From IMG/VR virus record IMGVR_UViG_3300029904_000353, positions 1,107 through 65,106 of that record: a stretch of DNA of 64,000 bases. One strand, given 5' to 3'. Each line of letters starts with the position of its first letter. The stretch's first letter is position 1. Positions 18,084 to 26,904 of this stretch are shown one piece after another. The position numbers and the translations under genes are program-made. The DNA is from a virus. The notes under the pieces were generated by a model, which saw only the letters and a program-made list of their open reading frames with translations, searched no databases and was not told where the DNA came from.

Positions 18084-18512
18084 ATGAAATCGAAGCAAGT
18101 ATTAGATGTGCAACAGATGCAGCACCTGCAAGAACTGGGTCTGGACACAAGCAACGCAAGCGCATTATATTGCATAGACAATGAGTCTGGAGAGAAACAG
18201 TTGATGTGGAATGAACAAGTAGAGGAAACGGACAAGGACGACGAGTATTTTCGTATAGTCCCCGCCTACACCTTGCAGGACGTGCTGGATGCGCTGCCGA
18301 AGTATTACCATATTGCAAACGTCGGATGGACTAAGTTATCTATTCGTGTACACACTACAAAAGAGTGGGAAATCGGATATGTTTATACGAACGAAGTTAG
18401 CAAATATGCCTATGGGTTTCGTATTTTGGGCAAAGAGTTGATTGATGCCGCATACGAGTTATTGGTATGGTGCGTCGAGCAAGGCTATGTAGAAACGAAC
18501 AAAAACGAATAA
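18084..18512 (+). CDS. Accessory protein (paralog of 19203..19601)
   Basis: QMQHLQELGLD...PAYTLQDVLDALP...AYELLVWCVEQGY. Confidence 0.75.
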   Translation: MKSKQVLDVQQMQHLQELGLDTSNASALYCIDNESGEKQLMWNEQVEETDKDDEYFRIVPAYTLQDVLDALPKYYHIANVGWTKLSIRVHTTKEWEIGYVYTNEVSKYAYGFRILGKELIDAAYELLVWCVEQGYVETNKNE

Positions 18513-18515
18513 ATT

Positions 18516-19040
18516 ATGGAAAAGTATAAAGTATTATTTGCCGATTTGGACGGAACTTTGATTGATACGGTAAGTGGTAATACGTTCCCGAAAGGCATTT
18601 GGGATATGCGTATTAGATTTGATGTGCTTGATGCGATTAAGGAACTTAAACCGCTTTGTGTAATTATTGTGACCAATCAAGGCGGAATAGAAAAAGGTTT
18701 CGTAAACAGACGCAACTTTGAGTTTAAGATGGAATACATTACCCGTTCAATAAAAGAATATGTTGGATGTTATACGGAATATTCTTATTGTGAAAGCAAT
18801 GATAAGGCAAACCATTATAGAAAGCCCAATACTGGAATGCTTGAAAGTATGATGACAAAATGCCTAAAGCATTTGTTCCGTCCGGATAACCTAACAAAAG
18901 ATGATTGCCTTATGATTGGTGATGCTTCCGGCAAGGTAGGTCAGTTCTCTGATAGTGATAAGAAAACCGCAGAGAACTTCGGGATTGATTATCTTGATGT
19001 GGAAGATTTTGTAAAAGGAATGAAGTATGAGAGTAATTAA
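18516..19040 (+). CDS. HAD-family polynucleotide 3'-phosphatase-like protein
   Basis: DLDGT motif I, TNQGG motif II, RKPNTGM motif III, GDASG...SDSD motif IV as in PNKP phosphatase domains. Confidence 0.85.
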   Translation: MEKYKVLFADLDGTLIDTVSGNTFPKGIWDMRIRFDVLDAIKELKPLCVIIVTNQGGIEKGFVNRRNFEFKMEYITRSIKEYVGCYTEYSYCESNDKANHYRKPNTGMLESMMTKCLKHLFRPDNLTKDDCLMIGDASGKVGQFSDSDKKTAENFGIDYLDVEDFVKGMKYESN

Positions 19041-19200
19041 GAAAGGCAAACTTCCTCCTAAAGAGAAGAAAATGACGTGTCCTGAATGCGGATGCATATT
19101 CATGTACGAACGCTCAGACATACATTCAGACCAGCGAGAAGGTTGTTGGGTGGTATGCCCAACATGTAAGAAGTATATAACTGTTGACGGGAGGTGGTGA
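19027..19200 (+). CDS. 57-aa Zn-ribbon protein
   Basis: Hand translation with CPECG and CPTC pairs. Confidence 0.6.
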   Translation: MRVIKKGKLPPKEKKMTCPECGCIFMYERSDIHSDQREGCWVVCPTCKKYITVDGRW

Positions 19201-19202
19201 TT

Positions 19203-19601
19203 ATGAACTTCAAGAACAACATTGCAACCACCCGTGAGCAGTCGGAAAGGTTGCTTGCAATGGGACTGAAGCCCGAAACGGCGGATATGTGCTATAACTT
19301 GTATTTTGCAAGTGCGCCGCCCGAAATAAACAATTATGGAGCAGACCTATATAAAGACAAAAGATTCATCCCCTCATGGAGCCTCGCACGCCTGCTGGAG
19401 ATGATGCCGAAATACATTGACGAAAAAGAAGAAGTGCTGCTTATGATAGAACCTCCATTAATCGTTTATTACGACACCCGGTATAAAGGTCAACAGCATT
19501 TTACGACCAATCCAGACATATTCGATAATTGTGTCGCAATGATAGATTGGCTCATCAGAAACGGACATTTCAACAAGGAATACTTAATAGAAAATCCATA
19601 A
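19203..19601 (+). CDS. Accessory protein (paralog of 18084..18512)
   Basis: EQSERLLAMGLK...PSWSLARLLEMMP...VAMIDWLIRNGH. Confidence 0.75.
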   Translation: MNFKNNIATTREQSERLLAMGLKPETADMCYNLYFASAPPEINNYGADLYKDKRFIPSWSLARLLEMMPKYIDEKEEVLLMIEPPLIVYYDTRYKGQQHFTTNPDIFDNCVAMIDWLIRNGHFNKEYLIENP

Positions 19602-19669
19602 TATATTTGGGTATAGAAAAAGAGATACTAAAACAGCATCTCTTTTGATATTATCATTGTTTGTGAATT

Positions 19670-19736
19670 TTCAATGGAGGGATTCGAACCCTCACCTTCT
19701 CTGTGGAGATGTTCTAACCAATTAAACTACAAAGCA
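19670..19736 (-). ncRNA. Degenerate tRNA with shrunken anticodon arm
   Basis: Minus strand: TAGTTTAATTGGTTAGAAC D-arm, TCTC-CACA-GAGA 12-nt arm, GAGGG-TTCGAAT-CCCTC T-arm; acceptor only 4 of 7 pairs. Confidence 0.65.
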
Positions 19737-19834
19737 ATACTTCTCCGATGAATCCACAGCTTCAAACAAGAGAAGAAATGGCGATAGCCATCCTAATACA
19801 GGGCTTTGACAGTCCATATTGCGTATTAGTGCGG

Positions 19835-19866
19835 CAAATATAGAACTATTTTTTGAAATAAACAAA
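19835..19866 (-). promoter_or_regulatory. Consensus Bacteroidetes primary-sigma promoter, antisense to early operon
   Basis: TTTG-N20-TATATTTG on minus strand (TTTG-N19-21-TAnnTTTG consensus). Confidence 0.75.
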
Positions 19867-19871
19867 TTAGT

Positions 19872-20408
19872 ATGAACCTGAACGAACTACGAGACGAAGC
19901 CTACTCCATCGCCAAGGCGAACGGATGGCACGAAGAAGAGCACAGCGACGAACATTGGCTCATGTTAGTCATTACCGAGATAGCCGAAGCCGTACAAGCA
20001 GACCGTAAGAACCTGCACGCCGACGTGGAAGCCTTCAAGAAATACGAAGAAATCATAGACTTCAAGGAAAACTTCGAGCGGCAAATCAAGAATACGGTGG
20101 AAGAAGAATTGAGCGACGTGGTGATACGATGCTTGGATTTAGCAGGACTGCGTTCCATCAGTCTTTGCAGTGTTGTAACGACAGACCACGAATTTAAAGA
20201 TTATTGGGCCAATATGCCGTTTTTCAAATTCGCTTATGATTCTTGCTGTTTCTTGATAAATGATTGTGCGAAGGATGCTGTTAAGACAACAATCTCATCT
20301 GTGTACAGATATTGCAGGCACCATAGCATTGACCTTGACTTCTTCATCCGCACCAAAATGGAATACAACCGCCTGCGTGGCTACCACCACGGAGGGAAAA
20401 GATACTAG
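19872..20408 (+). CDS. MazG-like nucleotide pyrophosphohydrolase
   Basis: ITEIAEAVQADRK and EEELSDVVIRCLD acidic motifs; KMEYNRLR tail. Confidence 0.8.
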   Translation: MNLNELRDEAYSIAKANGWHEEEHSDEHWLMLVITEIAEAVQADRKNLHADVEAFKKYEEIIDFKENFERQIKNTVEEELSDVVIRCLDLAGLRSISLCSVVTTDHEFKDYWANMPFFKFAYDSCCFLINDCAKDAVKTTISSVYRYCRHHSIDLDFFIRTKMEYNRLRGYHHGGKRY

Positions 20409-20455
20409 GACACAACATTTTATTTATCAAATTAATCAATAAAGAAATAACAGAC

Positions 20456-20809
20456 ATGTACATTCAACTCAAAAACTCACCTTCGGCCCCTGTGCTCATC
20501 AGCAGACGCCTGTTCAAAGCCATGGAATTCAAAGGGCCATCACCTTGGTTCATCATCATCACACGAATCCGGGGAACCGATAACTTTGCACTGGTTCCTG
20601 TAGAGCGATTAGACACCTTCAAGACCCAGTGTTGCATGGTACTTCCTGTGCATGGGAATCGACGGACACCTGCCTCTTTCCGATGGACCATCCCGTCGTT
20701 GGACTACTTCCTCGGCATGACAGGAACAAACATCATTAGCAACAAAATAATCAAAGTCAAAGAAATCACCACATCCAAACGAAAATGCTTCAAGATATGT
20801 ACCGACTGA
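20456..20809 (+). CDS. Hypothetical protein
   Basis: 117-aa ORF in early operon. Confidence 0.65.
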   Translation: MYIQLKNSPSAPVLISRRLFKAMEFKGPSPWFIIITRIRGTDNFALVPVERLDTFKTQCCMVLPVHGNRRTPASFRWTIPSLDYFLGMTGTNIISNKIIKVKEITTSKRKCFKICTD

Positions 20810-21135
20810 ACCAACCCAAACCCGACATCCGTTTTAACCGGAACGGGAGAATAGACATCATCGACCAAGTTGTCCAGCGAATGAACCTCGGACACCAAAA
20901 CCGCGTATCCTTCTACGTAGATCAAGAACACAACCTGTTCGTACGTCCCGACACGGACGGGTTGCGCCCCACCATCTCACGCGGAAATAAATCTCTACGA
21001 TTCTATAGCAAGCAAGTCACGGATGCTGTACTCTCACTTCCCGACCTGCCCCAAGGATTAGAGAAAGCCGCCTTCCGCATCGGGACATCCGATGACGGGA
21101 TAAACTACCCGGTCATCACCCGGAGACTGCTCTGA
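20797..21135 (+). CDS. Hypothetical protein (last early gene)
   Basis: KPDIRFNRNGRIDI...; start reassigned to ATG 20797. Confidence 0.65.
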   Translation: MYRLNQPKPDIRFNRNGRIDIIDQVVQRMNLGHQNRVSFYVDQEHNLFVRPDTDGLRPTISRGNKSLRFYSKQVTDAVLSLPDLPQGLEKAAFRIGTSDDGINYPVITRRLL

Positions 21136-21142
21136 CCCCCAA

Positions 21143-21188
21143 AAGATTGCCCGGAAGTGACCGTGAAGGCCGACCTCCGGGCAATCTT
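21143..21188. terminator. Stem-loop at convergence of early and late transcription
   Basis: AAGATTGCCCGGA / TCCGGGCAATCTT 13-bp inverted repeat. Confidence 0.75.
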
Positions 21189-21239
21189 CAAATCCATTGT
21201 ACTTAGCCAGCCGGATAAGTATTCCAAGTGAGAAAATCC

Positions 21240-21374
21240 TTATTCCGTCTCTTCTCCATCTTCTGATTGCAACGACGTGGATTCAGCAGCGGCTGCTTCC
21301 AACACTTCCACACGTTTCTCCAGTTCCTCAATCTTCATATAGGCCTGGACCTCATCACGAATCTTTTCTGCCAT
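21240..21374 (-). CDS. 44-aa acidic coiled-coil protein
   Basis: MAEKIRDEVQAYMKIEELEKRVEVLEAAAAESTSLQSEDGEETE*; AGGAGG upstream. Confidence 0.55.
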   Translation of the reverse strand: MAEKIRDEVQAYMKIEELEKRVEVLEAAAAESTSLQSEDGEETE

Positions 21375-21490
21375 AGTAAATTCCTCCTATTGATTTTAAT
21401 GTTAATAAATATGAGTTATTTAGTTTGCAAGTTATTGAGTTCAGGAACAATCAACTCATAAACTCAAAAACTTATCAACTTACATTCTCT

Positions 21491-24400
21491 CTATCTCGGT
21501 TTGTTCCTCCACTTTCTGGTAAAATACACCGATGTCTGCGCCAATGATTCCCCGATGTGCATGTCGCGTACAATAGCCACCCGAAAATACCGGTAAGGTG
21601 AACCTTGCAGTCGCGTCACCCGGTAACCTCGCGCACTTCCTATGGGCACATAGTTCATACCGTCATGGCTGGCAAACACCATTACCGCACCTTCCATACG
21701 GCGCATCTGCCCACGGTTGACAACAGCATTCACCGTCTTGAGCGCATCATCGCCCAGCTTCATCGGACGGCTTAACAAGAATATACGCACCTCTTTCCCC
21801 GTGTCGTCATAGTCCTGTTTCTGCGAAAGGTTCACCACCTCCCCCGTGGTACGCTGCAAGTAACTGTTCGGATAGTCCGTCACTTCCGTCACAAAGTCGG
21901 CAGAAATCGTAGCCCAAGTCCTAGAGTTCAGCGAATAGACATAAGCATACTGGCTACCCTCGCGAAACAGCACCAGCCTGGCGTTTGGATAATCATAGGC
22001 GATGCGGCAACCCTCCAGAAAGTCTTTCACCGGCACCTGGTTGCCCACCTCTTCCAACAAATTTTCTTTGGCCAGCACGTCATGCAAGCGATCCACCGTA
22101 TGCGGGTCGAACGATGGACCGTCCAGTTCAGCGGACAGCAGATCCACATTGCTGCCATCCACTACCATCAGGCCCTTGTCAGACACGAACACCACCGCAC
22201 CGTCCGTCTGAGTAATGCTCTGGGGGTTAGTGCAAACATCACGGCTCATCGGCTGCTTTACACTGTATAAACCCGTATCAGACACTTCCATAGCCCAAAT
22301 GCCATCCGTTGCAAAGACCAACAAAGGGAACTGACCGAACTGCCCCTGCGAAAGGGCGCGCGTAGTGCTGCTGATACCTCTTATCTCGCCAACCCCCACC
22401 GTGTTGATTCCACCCAAGGGGAAATAGAAAGGATTGCCTGCTTCAGAGGTATATATTTTGTTCTTCTCGACAATTTCCCGGTTAGCAGAAGCAACAGGCA
22501 CATCCGCCGGGCTGATGCTCTCATAGACCGGGCCAGCCTTGAACCCACTGAACCAATAAGCACCGTTCAGGGATTTGTGTTCCGTCAGTTGGATTTCAGC
22601 AGCTTGATTAAAATAACCACCCTGAATGATGACCGCCTTGTAGGCATTCGGGTCGGGATAGAACAGGTAGTCCGTGAAGTAATACACCTCTTCGCCCGCC
22701 GGTTGGCTGACAATAATCTCCTCCCCATCGCCAGCATGGACATAGATGAATATCGTATAATAGTTCTTCAACTCCATGATTTCAGAACCCAGAAAAGAGA
22801 CATTGTACCCCACCTGCATTTCTGCCGGGAAACCATCGAAAAGTTCCCTCCGCACGTTGGCCAGGTTCAGACGTTGGTTGTAAGCAAAGGCATACAACGG
22901 CTTAATCAAGTCGTGTGTCTGGTAATCGTCAGGCAACGTCTTTTGCAGGTTGAGGTTCCTCAATTGGTTCTCGTCCGCCTCCACCGCTCCTTCCTGGATA
23001 TAGTCCTCATCATCCGGGTCTATGGAATAGGATTTGAACAGGTAGAACAGGCCGTTGCTCCGGATTTTCTCCAGGTAATCGCCTTGGGCGTCTTCAACTT
23101 TGGGCAAATCTACCATTACGGTACCCAACAGATACTGTCCTTCATTGTCAACCTCCATGACTGACGTGCCATATAAGGCTTGAGCACTCAATATATACAT
23201 CTTTTGCCAGGTATACATGTATTGCCCGAAGTTGGAATAGGAATCCAGCCGGGAAATGGTGTAAGCGTCCTTGTAGGCATACTTCTCCCGGCTGTACAGG
23301 TACTCCAACTGCCCGTTGGGAAGGTAGTTGTAGAACTGTTCGGAGACAAAGACGTCGATGCCCACCACGATGTCCTTCCATTTCTCCAAATCCTCGCCCA
23401 GCGTCAACTTGTGTATCTCCAGCTCAACATGCGGACCGACCACCTGATAATAAAGGGTCTTGAAATTCCCGTCTTTCCCGGTCATGCGGTTCACGATGAC
23501 CGCAGGCCTGCCCGATGAATTGGGCACCATCAGCAACGGTGCCGACTGCATGATGTAGGAACCGTCATACAACCTGTAGGCATAGCGGACAAAGAATGGA
23601 TAGACGAACTTGTTCTCCTCGGTGGCTTCATATACCCACAGGGCGGTTTTGGCCAATACGTCGTTGGAAACCGTCGTCTTGTCGTTGTCGGACAATTCGA
23701 TGCGGTCCAGCATGCCTTGGTCCAGCAACTTGTAGTCGCTTTCGGGAAAACCGTCGGACAGGGACACGGAGAAAATGGAATCCTCGTCCGTGTTCACCGC
23801 CGGGGGCGTGGCCAGCCATCCTTCGGGATTGGCAGACGACGTGTCGCAGGGGGGAGCTTCATCCGCATCGGTATTGGCAGCGAAACGGAATTTTACACTC
23901 TCCGGCCTGATGCTGTCATTAAAACAATGCACATTGTCCCAACTGATAGTATTTTCCTCATAAGAAACACTTCCTATGCAAATACACCAGTTCACGCCAT
24001 TGCGATTAGGAACATCATACCAACCATCAGGAATAGGATTATTTCCAGAAGGCTTGCCGGGAACTATATAATAGACATCCCCGGTTCCTCCCGTGTCAAC
24101 TGATACTTCTATTTCCTTGAACACGTAGGTCTTCCAGTCCCCTGTATGCACGTCCTCCGCCTCCTTGCTCACCCGGACAGGCTCAGACCAGGCATCGTCC
24201 CCGTCGTTCTTCTGTATCATCCACAGGCTTTGCCCGCTGTTGCTACCGATGGATTTAATCAGCACCTGGGATTTTCCGGACAGCGAGAAGCTGATGGCCG
24301 TCTCCGGAGGCTTTTGCCCCAGATACTCGTACGAACCATCCCTGTACAACAAGTAGTGCATCCCCTCATCCGAAAACACTATTACTGTGTTCCCCACAGA

Positions 24401-24706
24401 AGATACGGACAAGATGCTGTCAGCGCCACTGAATCCTTCTATAAGTTCATATTGGAAATCCTGGTCGTAGAAACCCGACTTGCCGTCCGTGGTTGTCACC
24501 AGGTAGTTCTTATATTGTGACATGACGTGTATGTACACCAGCCTTTCCCCCTCGCCCAGCGTGAACTCCGCATCCGGAAGCACGATGGGACGCATGCCAC
24601 CGTTCTGACTGATGAGGTTGTGCGAAAGGCTCAAGTCACCGTCAGCACAATCCAGTTCGGACGTTGCCTGTGTGATGCCCGTATATCTGATGTTGCTCTC
24701 TTCCAT
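21491..24706 (-). CDS. Podovirus tail tubular/nozzle-like protein
   Basis: 1071 aa; N-terminal DGDLSLSHNL, beta-propeller-like YTSEAGNPFYF / QFGQFPLLVF / SREVC-like segments; late module. Confidence 0.7.
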   Translation of the reverse strand: MEESNIRYTGITQATSELDCADGDLSLSHNLISQNGGMRPIVLPDAEFTLGEGERLVYIHVMSQYKNYLVTTTDGKSGFYDQDFQYELIEGFSGADSILSVSSVGNTVIVFSDEGMHYLLYRDGSYEYLGQKPPETAISFSLSGKSQVLIKSIGSNSGQSLWMIQKNDGDDAWSEPVRVSKEAEDVHTGDWKTYVFKEIEVSVDTGGTGDVYYIVPGKPSGNNPIPDGWYDVPNRNGVNWCICIGSVSYEENTISWDNVHCFNDSIRPESVKFRFAANTDADEAPPCDTSSANPEGWLATPPAVNTDEDSIFSVSLSDGFPESDYKLLDQGMLDRIELSDNDKTTVSNDVLAKTALWVYEATEENKFVYPFFVRYAYRLYDGSYIMQSAPLLMVPNSSGRPAVIVNRMTGKDGNFKTLYYQVVGPHVELEIHKLTLGEDLEKWKDIVVGIDVFVSEQFYNYLPNGQLEYLYSREKYAYKDAYTISRLDSYSNFGQYMYTWQKMYILSAQALYGTSVMEVDNEGQYLLGTVMVDLPKVEDAQGDYLEKIRSNGLFYLFKSYSIDPDDEDYIQEGAVEADENQLRNLNLQKTLPDDYQTHDLIKPLYAFAYNQRLNLANVRRELFDGFPAEMQVGYNVSFLGSEIMELKNYYTIFIYVHAGDGEEIIVSQPAGEEVYYFTDYLFYPDPNAYKAVIIQGGYFNQAAEIQLTEHKSLNGAYWFSGFKAGPVYESISPADVPVASANREIVEKNKIYTSEAGNPFYFPLGGINTVGVGEIRGISSTTRALSQGQFGQFPLLVFATDGIWAMEVSDTGLYSVKQPMSRDVCTNPQSITQTDGAVVFVSDKGLMVVDGSNVDLLSAELDGPSFDPHTVDRLHDVLAKENLLEEVGNQVPVKDFLEGCRIAYDYPNARLVLFREGSQYAYVYSLNSRTWATISADFVTEVTDYPNSYLQRTTGEVVNLSQKQDYDDTGKEVRIFLLSRPMKLGDDALKTVNAVVNRGQMRRMEGAVMVFASHDGMNYVPIGSARGYRVTRLQGSPYRYFRVAIVRDMHIGESLAQTSVYFTRKWRNKPR

Positions 24707-24731
24707 GGGATATAGTCCATAAATTGATGAA

Positions 24732-25229
24732 TCAATACAACCTGTCAGACGGACGGCGGACCGGGGCGGTACGCAGCTCTAATACGCCCTTGATGCGCTC
24801 CAGCTCGTCGGCCGCACGGGTCAGGTATTGCTCCGCCTCCTGCGGATTGGTCTTTTCAAAGATACTGTAGATGCAGTAGTCGGCCACGTGGGCGTGCATC
24901 AGGCTGGTCAGTTGGGTGGTCGCTCCATAGTTCCAGCGGTCAGGCATGGCGAGGTTGAGCACGTAGTCGCCCTCCACATCCTCCAGCCGGTCGTCGTCCA
25001 TCAGCCTTCCCGCAGTCAGGTAACGGGCGCAACGGCTCCTCACGTTGGCCAAGGCAACAGACATGGCACGGGCCACGATGTATTTGTCCACGCCTTCCTC
25101 GGGAGTCTGTATGTCCGCAGCCTTCTCTTCCTGTCCGGGCACAAAGAGCCTACGGCCGGTCACATGGGCCGCATTGATGACGTCGCCCAGGATTTCTGCA
25201 CGGTTCAAAACGATGGTCACATTCCTCAT
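24732..25229 (-). CDS. Putative head-tail adaptor/structural protein
   Basis: Helical 165-aa ORF preceding nozzle gene; SLMHAHVADYCIYSIF. Confidence 0.6.
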   Translation of the reverse strand: MRNVTIVLNRAEILGDVINAAHVTGRRLFVPGQEEKAADIQTPEEGVDKYIVARAMSVALANVRSRCARYLTAGRLMDDDRLEDVEGDYVLNLAMPDRWNYGATTQLTSLMHAHVADYCIYSIFEKTNPQEAEQYLTRAADELERIKGVLELRTAPVRRPSDRLY

Positions 25230-25779
25230 ATTGTTTCAGTATTAATCGGTCGTTCGCTTTCCTCACCATCCCCTCGCAGCCACAGCCCGGCAGGGCAATC
25301 TCCACATCATCCGGGATGTCTCTTTCCGAGAAACGACCACAAGGTTCGTCCCTATAGAGCAGTTTTTGGCGGAGGTCTGACGCATAATCCGTAGATTCGG
25401 TTTCATACTGGGATGCACGGTCCGGGGCCAGGACGGACAACCACCCGGCGAGGACATGCGCCGCTATCATCATCTTGATATCTGTGATGATACTACCGGT
25501 CAACAACTCATTGTAGCGGGCGGGCATCTCCGCGGTGAGGGTCAGCACCTCGTCAGCATCATAGCTGGCAAGCTCGTGCGCCACGGTTTCACTTCGTAGG
25601 TAACGCTTGAAGAGCTGCACCACGGACGTATATCCCTCTATCCAATAGGTATCCAGGAATCCGCCTTCATACGCTGATGCCCATACCTGCTCGAAGTTGT
25701 CAGGATGCACAGATGCCTCCAGCGAAGAGCGTTTCTCCACTTCCTTGAATACCTCCGATTTCCGTATTTCCAGCTTCAT
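25150..25779 (-). CDS. Putative structural/adaptor protein
   Basis: First gene after late promoter; shares IAAHVLAGWL-type segment with next gene; 80-nt 3' overlap with it. Confidence 0.6.
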   Translation of the reverse strand: MKLEIRKSEVFKEVEKRSSLEASVHPDNFEQVWASAYEGGFLDTYWIEGYTSVVQLFKRYLRSETVAHELASYDADEVLTLTAEMPARYNELLTGSIITDIKMMIAAHVLAGWLSVLAPDRASQYETESTDYASDLRQKLLYRDEPCGRFSERDIPDDVEIALPGCGCEGMVRKANDRLILKQYEECDHRFEPCRNPGRRHQCGPCDRP

Positions 25780-25794
25780 ACTTCTGTTTTTGCG

Positions 25795-25829
25795 CAAAGT
25801 AGGTAAAAATACGGAGGAAGGCGACTATA
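25795..25829 (-). promoter_or_regulatory. Late promoter type TAT(A/C)G-N26-TTTG
   Basis: TATAG tcgccttcctccgt atttttacctac TTTG; aligns with 46939 and 40961 copies. Confidence 0.55.
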
Positions 25830-25847
25830 TTTTATGACTATAATGGT

Positions 25848-26273
25848 TCACCTCTCCGCTATTAAATGATTACGGCAATGCACGCAGAGAAAGTCCTTGG
25901 CCACGGGAAACATCCGCTGTCCGATGTTTCCCGCCAAGTAGGCCGCTTCCTCCCCGTAGGGAGAGAGTTGGTAAGCCTGCTCGATGTGACGTGACAGGTG
26001 GCGCATTTCGTGCAGCCATGAGTTCAGAAATTCGGCGGGAGAAGAAGTGAGGCCGATGACCATCACCGTCTCTCCGCGTCCAAAGTTAGAATAGGTCAAC
26101 CCGGTGTCAAGCCTGCCTGCCGACAGGTTCCTTGAGGCACGTTTCAATTCCACGCCACGGCATCCTGCCCGTCGGAGGGCGCACAGGATGCGGTCGTGCC
26201 AGTAGGTCGTCACGGCATAATAGACGTGCACATGCCAGTCATAAGCACTCAGGTAGATGTCTTGCTGTATCAT
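25848..26273 (-). CDS. HExxH (zincin-like) protein
   Basis: NSWLHEMRHL...EEAAYLAG; start reassigned to ATG 26273 overlapping upstream stop. Confidence 0.7.
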   Translation of the reverse strand: MIQQDIYLSAYDWHVHVYYAVTTYWHDRILCALRRAGCRGVELKRASRNLSAGRLDTGLTYSNFGRGETVMVIGLTSSPAEFLNSWLHEMRHLSRHIEQAYQLSPYGEEAAYLAGNIGQRMFPVAKDFLCVHCRNHLIAER

Positions 26274-26686
26274 AGCATCTGCCTCCAAGGTATCACGATG
26301 CCACGCCCGATACAATTGGCATAGAATTCGTCGAACGTGCGGGTCGGATTTCCGTCTATGTCGTCCACATACAGTTTGATATGCAGGCAGACGTGTGCCT
26401 CGTCTTGAAGCGACTTCTTATAGAAATCGGCTTTCAGCATATTGGCCAGGTAGTAGACATCATATCCTCCGCCGTTTTTCAATTCAATGCCGTTGCGTTT
26501 CAGCATCGCATCCACCTCGTCTGCGCTCCACGCTTCCAGCTTCTTTTTCTTGCCGGTCATTTCATCTTTCACCTGCATCTGGCCGACGGCCCACTTGTAC
26601 AGCCGTTCGCTGAAGTGCGGACCGTAGGTGCCCACGTATGCAGCAAAGTCTTCAGGAAGCCTTCTGTAAAGGTCGTTTCTTTGCAT
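26270..26686 (-). CDS. Hypothetical protein of unknown cassette
   Basis: YGPHFSERLYKWAV...YYLANMLKADFY...YVDDIDG; start at ATG 26686 after AAGGAGG. Confidence 0.75.
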   Translation of the reverse strand: MQRNDLYRRLPEDFAAYVGTYGPHFSERLYKWAVGQMQVKDEMTGKKKKLEAWSADEVDAMLKRNGIELKNGGGYDVYYLANMLKADFYKKSLQDEAHVCLHIKLYVDDIDGNPTRTFDEFYANCIGRGIVIPWRQML

Positions 26687-26777
26687 GTTTTTATCCTCCT
26701 TTTGTAATATAAAATTATCAATCCGTCTGATTTTTACAAGCAACTGAATATCAATCAGTTGGCAAATCATATAAGAA

Positions 26778-26852
26778 GGCCGTGCCAAGTGCGTACTTTG
26801 TGCGTGTCAAGTGGAGACTTTGACACGGGGTTTGCGCAACTTTGACACGGCC
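26778..26852 (-). terminator. Nested double stem with U-rich tail (terminator/attenuator candidate)
   Basis: GGCCGTGCCAAG..CGTGTCAAG / CTTTGACACG..CTTTGACACGGCC; TTCTTAT tail on minus strand. Confidence 0.5.
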
Positions 26853-26904
26853 TTTCCGCTGAATATGTTGAAATCCGCCGATAGTATACGGTTAATTTAC
26901 CATA

